Source: Deltaproteobacteria bacterium (GTDB lineage Bacteria > JAGRBM01 > JAHCIT01). From it: a DNA stretch of 64,000 nucleotides. Numbering within the stretch: position 1 is the stretch's first letter; the number at the start of each line of letters is the position of its first letter. Shown here piece by piece: positions 36,753 to 45,116 of the stretch. The DNA lies in contig JAHCIT010000006.1 of NCBI GenBank assembly GCA_026129095.1, positions 128,235 to 192,234 on the forward strand, given 5' to 3'. The notes beneath the pieces are model-generated. The model saw only the letters and a program-made list of their open reading frames with translations, was not told the DNA's origin and did no database searches. A program made the translations under genes and the position numbers.

Positions 36753-37472
36753 TTATCTCAGCTCGACATCCCGCATGGCGTCTTCGATCTGCTTCTGGGT
36801 GTCGACCATCTGCGGACGCGCGTAGGCTGGCAGCTCCATCATCGGCGGATTGGCCTCCTTCACGCGGTCCCGGATGCGGGTGATCACGGCCGGGAGCACC
36901 GTCTCGGTCAGCCAGTCGGCGCCGGTGTCGAGCAGCGGATTGCCGATCTCGAAATAGAGCTGGTAGGTGAGTTTGGTGCGGTTGCCATTGGCATCCGGAA
37001 ACGGCGCCAGATCGTAGCTGCCATAGGTGTTCTTGATGTCGCCCTCCACCTGCTGCCAGTCGATGTGGTAGATCCCCGGATTGTGGTTGTAACGGAGGAT
37101 GCACCAGTAGATCACCGGAATGGGCTTGATCTGGAACTGGAGCCGCGCATCGGCCTTGTTCCCCTCCGAACCGATGAGATCGCTCTCCCAGATGAGCGGC
37201 ATGAAATGCTTGTACGATCCGTAATCGACGACTACCTTCCAGACATCGTCAACCGGCGCATCGACAACGCCGATCACCTTGCCGAGCCGCGAGGGCGTGC
37301 CACCGATCGGAAGGGCAGAGGTGTAGATCTTCCCCTTGGCGAGGTTTTCCTGGAAGTTCGGCTGCTGTTCGGGAATGAGCGAATGGTCAATCGACTTCGC
37401 ACAGCCGGTTGCGAACAGCAGCAGGCAGGCTGAAGATGCGGCGATTCCCCTGAGCACGGCTGAAGACCCCAT
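36753..37472 (-). CDS. SRPBCC (polyketide cyclase/START-like) lipoprotein
   Basis: Lipobox FATGC, VDAPVDDVWKVVVDY..Y..FMP, W..VEGD.K...GS. Confidence 0.8.
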   Translation of the reverse strand: MGSSAVLRGIAASSACLLLFATGCAKSIDHSLIPEQQPNFQENLAKGKIYTSALPIGGTPSRLGKVIGVVDAPVDDVWKVVVDYGSYKHFMPLIWESDLIGSEGNKADARLQFQIKPIPVIYWCILRYNHNPGIYHIDWQQVEGDIKNTYGSYDLAPFPDANGNRTKLTYQLYFEIGNPLLDTGADWLTETVLPAVITRIRDRVKEANPPMMELPAYARPQMVDTQKQIEDAMRDVELR

Positions 37473-37589
37473 GCCCGTATTATGGGGTGCCGGACCGTCC
37501 GGGGGAAAGCCTTTCTACCAGTGATTGCCGGAGGCATCTGAACGACGCTCATTCTGAAACGGCACCATGACGGGCGGTGCCAGGATGCT

Positions 37590-37952
37590 TCAGGAAAGGC
37601 CCATCAGCTTCGAAACCCGCGCCTTCAGGTCGCTCGGGCTATAGGGCTTGGCAAGGAAGTCGTCCGCACCCGCCCGCTGGGCTTCCTTCTGGTCCCCAGT
37701 GGCCGTCAGGATCAGGACCGGGATGTGCCGCGTTTCAGGACTGGACTTGATCGCCCGCGTGGCGTCGTAGCCGTTGATTTTGGGCATGCCCACATCCATG
37801 ATGATGAGGTCGGGATGCTCCGAACCGGCCTTGCTGATCGCCTCTTGGCCATCTGACGCCTCGATGAAATCGGCGTCAAGCGACCTGAGAGAGTTCCGAA
37901 TGAGTTTCGAGAGGGTTTCGAAATCTTCCGCAATGAGGATCCGTTTGCGCAC
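37590..37952 (-). CDS. Single-domain response regulator
   Basis: ILIAED, LIIMDVGMP..NGY, LTA, AKPY. GGGAG Shine-Dalgarno before GTG 37952. Confidence 0.92.
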   Translation of the reverse strand: MRKRILIAEDFETLSKLIRNSLRSLDADFIEASDGQEAISKAGSEHPDLIIMDVGMPKINGYDATRAIKSSPETRHIPVLILTATGDQKEAQRAGADDFLAKPYSPSDLKARVSKLMGLS

Positions 37953-38004
37953 GGCAACTCCCAGCCCGTTCCGTTTAAGCACAGGCTACCATGCAGAATT
38001 ACGC

Positions 38005-39114
38005 CTGCAAGCGGCGCGCATTCTGGCCGTCCTCGTGATCATGCTGGCCACCGCCTGCGCGCCCCGGACCCAGCCCTCGGCGCCGCCGGTGAACCCCGAC
38101 GACCTCATCTCCGACGGCCGTCTCTACGAGGCGATCGTATTCCTCAAGGAAAATCCCGGTTATGCCGATGCCGCCGGGCGGACCCAGCGCGCCGAGACGA
38201 TGCTCGCCCGCGAGGTCGGCAGCCGTGTCACCCAGGCGAAGGATCTCGCCTCCAAGGGGCGGCTCGCCGAATCGATCCGCCTCTACCGCGAGGCGCTCAA
38301 GCTCGACCCCCGCCGTTCGGACCTCGCTGAAACCGTTGCCAGCCTGAACGCCGAGCTGGATAGCCGCCGCCGCGGCCTCTTTACAGTGCTGAACACCCAG
38401 ATCGAAAAGAAGAACTACACCGAAGCCCACACGACGCTCCTCAAGCTGGAACGGCTCGACCCGTTCCACGATGAGGTGGGCACCCGCCTGAACGAGGTCG
38501 AGACCCAGATCGCCGCGCAGTATTCGAAATCCATGGAAGAGGGTATCGCACTCTACCGCAAGCGCGAGTACCAGAAGGCGCTCGCCGTCTTCAACCGGGT
38601 GCTACGCACCTGGCCCGCCCACCCGCAGGCGCAGAACTACAAGAACCGGATCACCGAACTCTACGCCGAGGCGGCGAAGGTCAGTCCGAAGAAGTCCGCC
38701 GCCAGGACTCCCGCCGGCAAGACGGCAGCCGCCCCGGCGCCGGCTGAACCGGCCGCCGCATCGTTCGATCAGATCACCGCCGTTCGCCTCAGCGAGGGGC
38801 AGGGCTATCTCGCCAGAGGCGAGAACGCCAAGGCGCTGGAGCGGTTCAACAAGGCGCTCGACCTGGATCCCAACAATGAGGCCGCCCAGAAAGGCCGCCA
38901 GCAGGCGATCGCGAAGATCGGCAAGACAACCGAAGACTTGTTCCGCGAGGGCGTCAATTTCTACCGGAACGAACAGCTCGACCGGGCCATCGAACGCTGG
39001 AACCTCGTCCTCCTCATGGACCCCGCCCACGACCGCGCCCAGAAATACCTGGAGCGGGCCCAGCGGCTCCTGGACAAGTTCCGGGAGGTCACGGGCGGCA
39101 GCGGCTCGGGCTGA
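38005..39114 (+). CDS. TPR-repeat lipoprotein (start uncertain: CTG 38005, GTG 38035 or ATG 38041)
   Basis: Lipobox LATAC, multiple TPRs (ALKLDP, ALDLDPNN), Ala/Pro/Lys linker. Confidence 0.82.
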   Translation: MQAARILAVLVIMLATACAPRTQPSAPPVNPDDLISDGRLYEAIVFLKENPGYADAAGRTQRAETMLAREVGSRVTQAKDLASKGRLAESIRLYREALKLDPRRSDLAETVASLNAELDSRRRGLFTVLNTQIEKKNYTEAHTTLLKLERLDPFHDEVGTRLNEVETQIAAQYSKSMEEGIALYRKREYQKALAVFNRVLRTWPAHPQAQNYKNRITELYAEAAKVSPKKSAARTPAGKTAAAPAPAEPAAASFDQITAVRLSEGQGYLARGENAKALERFNKALDLDPNNEAAQKGRQQAIAKIGKTTEDLFREGVNFYRNEQLDRAIERWNLVLLMDPAHDRAQKYLERAQRLLDKFREVTGGSGSG

Positions 39115-39273
39115 CCTTTTCCCCTTCAGGCTTTTCCAGCAGCTTTCCCGCGTCAGTTTTCCCTGCCGGTTTTCGTCGCTTTTTTTTGCTGGCCTTCGTC
39201 ATCGCCGTCGCGTTAGGCTGACGCCCGCGTCAGTCTTGCGCTTAATCTTCTGACAGCGGGGGACAAAAGGATC

Positions 39274-40248
39274 ATGGCTGCATTCGTGCCCGAACAGTAC
39301 AAGCCCGAGGACGACACCACCCACGAACCGGGGCCGGAGTCCAACTACAACGAGTCGATGTATTTCAACTTCTACGACCGCCGTGAGAAGACTGGCGGCT
39401 GGTTCCGGATCGGCAACCGCGTGAACGAGGGCTACGCGGAGATGACCTGCACGATCTATCTCCCCAACGGCCATGTCCTGTTCCGGTTCGACCGGCCGAA
39501 GATCGCCACCAACCGGGCCTATGACGCCAGCGGCATGAAGTTCGAGACGATCACCCCCTGGCGCCACCAGCGAATCACCTTCTCCGGCAAGCTGCACCGG
39601 CTCACCCAGCCGATGGAGATGGTGGACCCGAAGAAGGCATTGTCGCAGTCGGAGCGCATCCCCGCCGAACTTGTCCTCGACGTGAAGGGCTGGAGCCCGA
39701 TCCAGCGGTCCGAGCGCGAGGACACGGCGGCGGCGAAGATGGATTTCTACAAGGAACACTACGAACAGCACTGCGCCGTCACCGGGACACTCTCCTTTGA
39801 CGGAAAGACCATCAGCCTGGAGGGTGTTGGCCTGCGCGACCACTCCTGGGGGCCGCGATACTGGCAGGGGCCGAAATGGTACCGCTGGTACACCATCGAC
39901 TTCAGCCCCACGTTCGGTGGCATGATCACGGTGATCTGCTTTCCCGACGGCTCGGTCCACCGCTACGGAAAGTTCTACCGGGGTGAGACCGAAGCCTTTA
40001 CCGTCACCGATTTCACCGCCGAGGAGATCTGGGACGATGACGGCCCGGAGAAGATCATCAAGGCGTTCACGCTGAGGGCCCAGACCACCGCCGGCCCCAG
40101 GGAGATCACCGGGAAAGTCCTTAGCATGCTCCCTTTGAGGAACCGGCGCGAGGGCATGGTCACGCGCATCACCGAGGGGATGACCGAATACCGCCTTGGC
40201 GACGAGGTGGGTTACGGGCTCGCCGAATACCTGGATCAGATGCAGTGA
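39274..40248 (+). CDS. Conserved hypothetical protein, tocopherol-cyclase/AttH-like beta-barrel (DUF7064/7065-like)
   Basis: NESMYFNFYD, HYEQ, GLRDHSWGPR, GYGLAEYL. Confidence 0.65.
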   Translation: MAAFVPEQYKPEDDTTHEPGPESNYNESMYFNFYDRREKTGGWFRIGNRVNEGYAEMTCTIYLPNGHVLFRFDRPKIATNRAYDASGMKFETITPWRHQRITFSGKLHRLTQPMEMVDPKKALSQSERIPAELVLDVKGWSPIQRSEREDTAAAKMDFYKEHYEQHCAVTGTLSFDGKTISLEGVGLRDHSWGPRYWQGPKWYRWYTIDFSPTFGGMITVICFPDGSVHRYGKFYRGETEAFTVTDFTAEEIWDDDGPEKIIKAFTLRAQTTAGPREITGKVLSMLPLRNRREGMVTRITEGMTEYRLGDEVGYGLAEYLDQMQ

Positions 40249-40319
40249 TATTCCGGGGCCTGGAAACGGCCACCCGAATCCAGATGACCTTGGCCCGCCA
40301 GCAGGACTAGACTGGGGGA

Positions 40320-41093
40320 ATGACCCGGCCCGCATTTTTTCTGCTCACGGCGGCCTTCATGGCCGTTTCGGCCGCCTGTACGGCCCCGCGGCCCGCCACC
40401 GAGGCCCAGCCGCTGGCCTCCACCGGCCCCCGCTGGCCCGAAGGGGGGTTGTCATCCGAAGAAACAGACTTAGCTAGAAGGCGTATGATCGAGACGCAGA
40501 TCATGAGCAGGGGAGTAAAGGACGCCCGGGTGCTGGAAGCCCTGGAGCGGGTGCCCCGGCACGATTTCGTGCCGCCCTCGCTCCGGCAGCAGGCCTACAC
40601 CGACCGGCCGCTTCCGATCGGCCTCGACCAGACGATCAGTCAGCCCTACATCGTCGCCCTGATGAGCGAACTGGCCGGGGTGAAACCGGGGAGCCGCGTG
40701 CTGGAGATCGGTACCGGCTCCGGCTACCAGGCGGCCGTGCTGGCCGAGATGGGCGCCGAGGTCTACTCGGTCGAGATACTGGAACCCCTCGCCCGCCAGG
40801 CCGCCGGCATCCTGGAGCGGCTCGGCTACCGGAACGTCCATGTCCGCCACGGCGATGGCTATCTGGGCTGGCCCGAGGCCGCCCCGTTCGACGCCGTGCT
40901 GATCACCGCCGCCCCGCCCCGTGTGCCGGAACCCCTGAAGGAGCAGCTGAAAACCGGCGGCAAGCTGATCGCCCCCGTCGGCGTGGGGGAGCAGGAACTC
41001 ATCGTCATCACCCGCACCGGCGAAAAGACCTTCGACACCCGCCCCGTCATCCCCGTCCGCTTCGTCCCCATGACCGGCAAGGCGCAGGAGTAG
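40320..41093 (+). CDS. pcm: Protein-L-isoaspartate O-methyltransferase with N-terminal signal/lipobox
   Basis: VPRH.F, QTISQPYIVA, LEIGTGSGYQAA, GDG..GWP..APFD, VRFVPM. Confidence 0.95.
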   Translation: MTRPAFFLLTAAFMAVSAACTAPRPATEAQPLASTGPRWPEGGLSSEETDLARRRMIETQIMSRGVKDARVLEALERVPRHDFVPPSLRQQAYTDRPLPIGLDQTISQPYIVALMSELAGVKPGSRVLEIGTGSGYQAAVLAEMGAEVYSVEILEPLARQAAGILERLGYRNVHVRHGDGYLGWPEAAPFDAVLITAAPPRVPEPLKEQLKTGGKLIAPVGVGEQELIVITRTGEKTFDTRPVIPVRFVPMTGKAQE

Positions 41094-41124
41094 GTGTGCT
41101 TTACAGCCGCCCGTAATCTTCCCC

Positions 41125-41952
41125 CTACAGCCTCTTCTCCAGCCAGTCGGCGATCCACTCCAGCTCGTCCTCGCTGATGCCGTGGGCGACGGGGAACTCG
41201 CGGTAGGTGAAGTCGGGATGGAAACCCTCGAAGGCGGCCTTCGTCCGGCGGCCGTTTTCCACCGGCAGCACCTCGTCATAAAGGCCGTGGGCGGCGAGCA
41301 CCGGGACACGGGCAATGGCCTCCCGGCCAGCGGCGAGGGGAAAAAGATCCTCCGAATGGCGGCCGCTGAGAAGCATCACCCCGGCGAGCCTTCCGGGTGC
41401 CGTGTGGAGCGCGCCGAGGCTCATCATCGCCCCCTGGCTGAAGCCGAGCACGAATGTCCGGGCAGGGTCGGTCCCGAACAGGGCGGGGGCCATCTCCAGC
41501 GCGCTCACGAGTTCAGAGAGCGATGCCCGCGCCTGCCCGGTGTCCGGTATGACGGTGCCGTCCGGCCGCCATTCGATCTGAAACCATGCGCGGCCGGTGT
41601 AGTAGCCGTGCGGGGCGCGGAGGCTCACGACTTTCAGCTGGGGTGGCAGCATCCCCGCGAGCGGAGCGAGGTCGTTCTCGTCGGCGCCGATCCCGTGCAA
41701 CAGGAGAAGGAGCGGCGGCCTTTGGTCCGGATTGCTGCCTGAAATACCGGACGACAGATCGCGGGGTTCGATGACCCGGTGGTGGAAGGGGAACGGCATC
41801 CCCCCTTTTGTGGCCGGAGCCGTGGGGCGCTGGCAACCGGCGGCTGCTACGAGTGCCAGCAGCGGCACGAGGGACGCCAGCACTCCAGACGCGGAAAGGA
41901 CAGCCCGCCAGTTTCGCCCGGCCGGCTGTCCTCCCGCCATCCTGATGGTCAC
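41125..41952 (-). CDS. Phospholipase/carboxylesterase
   Basis: LLHG.GADE.DL, GFSQGA, HG.YD, VAH.I. Possible lipobox AAAGC; start uncertain. Confidence 0.88.
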   Translation of the reverse strand: MTIRMAGGQPAGRNWRAVLSASGVLASLVPLLALVAAAGCQRPTAPATKGGMPFPFHHRVIEPRDLSSGISGSNPDQRPPLLLLLHGIGADENDLAPLAGMLPPQLKVVSLRAPHGYYTGRAWFQIEWRPDGTVIPDTGQARASLSELVSALEMAPALFGTDPARTFVLGFSQGAMMSLGALHTAPGRLAGVMLLSGRHSEDLFPLAAGREAIARVPVLAAHGLYDEVLPVENGRRTKAAFEGFHPDFTYREFPVAHGISEDELEWIADWLEKRL

Positions 41953-41985
41953 GCCCCGGCCGGAGACGCCCGGCGCGTGCGTGCC

Positions 41986-42369
41986 CTACCCCGCCTTGCG
42001 GACAGAGCGGACGCGGGTCTGGAGCGACTGGATGTAGTGGTTCACGCCATCCACGAGCCGGGTCGCCGCCTGGCGGACGCCGTCGGCGCCGGGGTTGTTC
42101 TGGAACGACAGGGCATCGCGGAAGCCGCTGAACGCGCCGAGCAGGTTCCGGGATGACGAGACGACGGTCGCCTGGAAGTGCGACAGCTCGCCGCGCAGCT
42201 CGTGGAGCGACTTCTCAAGACCGCGAAGCTGCGCCTCAAGCGCGGTACGCGGATCCTGCTTCGTGACGGCGCGCTTGGCCGGAGCCTTTTTCGCGGCCGT
42301 CTTTTTGACCGGCTTCTTCGCGGGTGACTTCTTCACTGCCTTCTTCTTTGCGGGGGCTTTCTTCGCCAT
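41986..42369 (-). CDS. Small basic protein: histone-H1-like K/A/P-rich N-terminus plus coiled-coil C-terminus
   Basis: MAKKAPAKKKAVKKSPAKKPVKKTAAKKAPAKR, then a heptad-rich helix. AAGGAG Shine-Dalgarno. Confidence 0.8.
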   Translation of the reverse strand: MAKKAPAKKKAVKKSPAKKPVKKTAAKKAPAKRAVTKQDPRTALEAQLRGLEKSLHELRGELSHFQATVVSSSRNLLGAFSGFRDALSFQNNPGADGVRQAATRLVDGVNHYIQSLQTRVRSVRKAG

Positions 42370-42507
42370 GACTATCGGTTCTCCTTGGCTGTTGTTGACT
42401 CTTATGGTTATGAACGCTTGGGCTGCGGCGGCCCGTCTTTGACTTACTGCGTTATAACACCGGGTGCAAGGAAAAAGTGACAGGCCTAGAACGTTTTATT
42501 AAAACGG

Positions 42508-42625
42508 CCACGCCTCGCCACGGCTCACCACGCCTCGATAGTGGTCCAGCCAGTTGTCATCAGGGATCGTTGATAGTCCAACCACGATAGTCCAACCACG
42601 CTTCACCACGGCTCACCACGCCTCA
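42508..42625. repeat. Phased direct-repeat array: two triplets of a 10-bp CCACG(c/g)(c/t)tc(a/g) unit, with a 14-bp tandem GATAGTCCAACCAC between them (overlapping the second triplet)
   Basis: CCACG at 42508, 42518, 42528, 42582, 42596, 42606, 42616. GATAGTCCAACCAC twice at 42572-42599. Confidence 0.9.
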
Positions 42626-42804
42626 ACTTTGGGACTGGCTGCCGTTTTTCGGCTCTGGCCGCAACGGTTGCACGCAAAGTTTTGCTTAAAGTGTGATATA
42701 GAGCACAAACTAGCCCACCGAAGGCGCAATCCGTCGCACGAGTGCATACGTCACATCCGGTAAAACAACGCTATTACAGTTAGTTAGATCAATTACCCCA
42801 CCGA

Positions 42805-42820
42805 TGGCATGGACCGTGCG
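42805..42820 (+). promoter_or_regulatory. Putative sigma54 (-24/-12) promoter
   Basis: TGGCATG-GACC-GTGCG has the correct GG-N10-GC spacing. AT-rich IHF-like TTACAGTTAGTTA at 42774-42786. Confidence 0.5.
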
Positions 42821-42877
42821 TAACCAGTTTCAGAGAACGTACCGGGCAGCACCCGGCGCGTTCGGGACCAGCAGATC

Positions 42878-43129
42878 ATGAAGACGAAAGGGAACAAGCA
42901 GGTGTCAACCGTGACGAGCCTCCACCAGACGGAACCGGGGGAGATTCCCCAAAAGTCAGCCAAACCCGCACGCAACTACCGTGACCGTTTCGTGCGCTAC
43001 TCCAGGGCCCGCGAGCAGAACCGGAAAGCGGCCTGCCGCACGGCGGGCGAAAAACTGCGGGAAGCGGTCGCGGGCGGCGCGAACCTCCGCGGCGACGGCA
43101 GCGCAGCCACGGGCGGCGCGGCTCGCTGA
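42878..43129 (+). CDS. Small basic hypothetical protein (83 aa)
   Basis: R/K-rich ORF directly downstream of the sigma54-like promoter, followed by a GCCGGG-N6-CCCGGC hairpin. No recognisable family. Confidence 0.45.
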   Translation: MKTKGNKQVSTVTSLHQTEPGEIPQKSAKPARNYRDRFVRYSRAREQNRKAACRTAGEKLREAVAGGANLRGDGSAATGGAAR

Positions 43130-43329
43130 TGACCTGACGACGGCCGGGGCACCTTTAAGGAGAAAAAGCGCGCCGGGTTTCTTCCCGGCCCTTGTTCCCG
43201 CCCCGGTCTTTCTGACTGTCTCTTTCCGGCCCGCCAGTTCCCCGGACCGGGCCATCCAAAAAAATCGCCGAAAGCCCGTGGACGTGTTTACAACCGGTTA
43301 CGACCCGGATAATTAACCCCGTAACCCTT

Positions 43330-43890
43330 ATGGAAAATCCGCCCGTCATCTACCGTGCGCGGCTGCATCCGCTGGAGATCGCCACTCCGCTGGCGGTCCT
43401 GTTCACGTTCCTGGCGTTCACGATGCCCAACTACCTGTCATTCGCGCCAGGGGCCGCGCTGGATCAGGCCTCGGCCCGGATCGGCCAGCTCATCGTCGCC
43501 GCACGCCGGGCCTCGGTCGACAGCGGACGGGCGCGGCTCGTTTTCGATGCCGGCAAGCGGCAGGTGGTCCTCACCTCCGGCAGGCCCGGTTCGGAGAAGA
43601 CCGAGGGCACCTACTCGCTCCCCGGCGGCGTGCGGTTCGGTTACGACCAGAACGTGACGCCCTACCCCGGCCTCAAGCTCCCCAACGGGACGGACCTCGC
43701 CGCCACGGAAAACGGCATCACCTTCGACAACGACACGCTGGTGATGGAGGATGGCCTGCTGACGGGGTTTCCCGGGCTCGTCTACCTCAGGAACGACCAG
43801 GGGCAGGTCCATGCCATTTATGTCCGCATTTCCGGGGACTACGACCTCAAGGCCTGGCAAAGCGGCGGCTGGACAACAATCCGGAACTGA
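43330..43890 (+). CDS. GspH/FimT-like pseudopilin-type protein
   Basis: Hydrophobic N-terminal helix ending MPNY, then L..A...I......AR..(S/A)V, Y.LP.GV and ITF, typical of GspH/FimT. Confidence 0.6.
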   Translation: MENPPVIYRARLHPLEIATPLAVLFTFLAFTMPNYLSFAPGAALDQASARIGQLIVAARRASVDSGRARLVFDAGKRQVVLTSGRPGSEKTEGTYSLPGGVRFGYDQNVTPYPGLKLPNGTDLAATENGITFDNDTLVMEDGLLTGFPGLVYLRNDQGQVHAIYVRISGDYDLKAWQSGGWTTIRN

Positions 43891-43958
43891 TATTTGCGGT
43901 CCGCTCCGCGGTCCGTTATTGACTCGGACGGGCGCAGGCGGATAGACAACCGCTCCCC

Positions 43959-44034
43959 GGGCGGTTAGCTCAGCTGGTAGAGCACCGGTTTTACACGCCG
44001 GGGGTCACAGGTTCGAGCCCTGTACCGCCTACCA
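43959..44034 (+). tRNA. tRNA-Val (TAC)
   Basis: GGGCGGT/ACCGCCT acceptor, CCGGT-TTTACAC-GCCGG anticodon arm, GTTCGA, CCA. Confidence 0.97.
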
Positions 44035-44092
44035 GATGCAGCAAATGGCGGCCCGCAAGGCCGCCCGTCCCCTCGCTAATGATGAACTGAAC

Positions 44093-44169
<77 letters not shown>

Positions 44170-44189
44170 ACTTTTGTCTTCCTGAAGAC

Positions 44190-44221
44190 ACGAAAAGCCC
44201 CCGGTAAGGGGGCTTTTCGTT
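44190..44221. terminator. Bidirectional intrinsic terminator between the tRNA pair and the convergent catabolic operon
   Basis: ACGAAAAGCCCCC-GGTAA-GGGGGCTTTTCGT, a perfect 13-bp stem with A/T tracts on both sides. Confidence 0.9.
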
Positions 44222-44273
44222 GCCGGGGAAGCTGGTCGCCCGGCTAACCGGCACCGCCTGTACGGGATGCGGG

Positions 44274-45095
44274 CTACTCCCGCCACCTCGCATGGCCCCG
44301 GCTAATCACAGTAACGCCGTTCTGGTTCACGACGTCGAACTCGCATACCCCCGCCCCGGTCTTCCGGATCCGGGTCGTCACAGTGTCGCCGGGCAGCACC
44401 ATTTTCGAGAACCGTGCGCCGAACTCCGCCAGGCGCGGCGCCTCACCACGCATGCAGCTATCGACCACTGCCTGCGCCGCGAACGACAGCGTGCATAGCC
44501 CGTGCAGGATGACGCCGGGAAGCCCGGAGGCCTTCGCCGCGTCGTTGTTCATATGGATGGGATTCTTGTCGCCCGAAGCATTCCCGAACCGGGTCGCCTG
44601 ATCTGGAGCCACCTTCATCGGGACTTCAAAGTCGAACTTCGCAGGTTCTGGAACCGGTTCCGCCGGAGCACTTTTCCCGGAACCGGAGCCACGGATAAAG
44701 AACAGTGCCTCCGACTGGCTGACCTCTTTCCCCTCGCTGTCTTCGCTCGTCACCAGAATAGTGACTGTCTCGCCAGTGGGTTTTTCCTCGATGGAGAGGA
44801 TTTTTCCCCTGGACACCAGTCTCTCGCCAGCCTTCACCGGCCGCCGGTACCGGAACACATGTTCGCCGTGGACGAGCCGCATGATATTCGCACCGAGTTT
44901 CGGATGGAACATGCACTTGCCCATGGCGGGCAGACCGACCGTGAAGGCGAAACACGGCGGTGCGACCGGATTCTCCCCAAGGAAAAGAGGGTTGCCCTCG
45001 TTGACGGCCGCGGCGTAGGCCCGCACCTGATTGGCCTCGACCACAAATTCAACGGGCTTTCCTTCGTATCCTGCCAGTTCGCGGTTCATTCCCAT
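44274..45095 (-). CDS. Double hot-dog MaoC (R)-specific enoyl-CoA hydratase
   Basis: LVHGEH N-domain; SGDKNPIH (D-X4-H catalytic dyad), GLPGVILHGLCT, RFSKMVLPGD. Confidence 0.9.
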   Translation of the reverse strand: MGMNRELAGYEGKPVEFVVEANQVRAYAAAVNEGNPLFLGENPVAPPCFAFTVGLPAMGKCMFHPKLGANIMRLVHGEHVFRYRRPVKAGERLVSRGKILSIEEKPTGETVTILVTSEDSEGKEVSQSEALFFIRGSGSGKSAPAEPVPEPAKFDFEVPMKVAPDQATRFGNASGDKNPIHMNNDAAKASGLPGVILHGLCTLSFAAQAVVDSCMRGEAPRLAEFGARFSKMVLPGDTVTTRIRKTGAGVCEFDVVNQNGVTVISRGHARWRE

Positions 45096-45116
45096 GCCCA
45101 TCTGCCTCCCTTGTGC

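Noticed and set aside
42508-42625. CRISPR array
   Set aside because: Units are 10-14 bp with no unique spacers, and no cas genes are present.
42668-42687. sigma54 promoter (TTGCACGCAAAGTTTTGC)
   Set aside because: It lacks the -24 GG and the spacing is wrong.
44047-44065. Separate ncRNA between the tRNAs (GGCGGCC-CGCAA-GGCCGCC hairpin)
   Set aside because: A single short hairpin in a tRNA spacer, most likely a processing or stability element.
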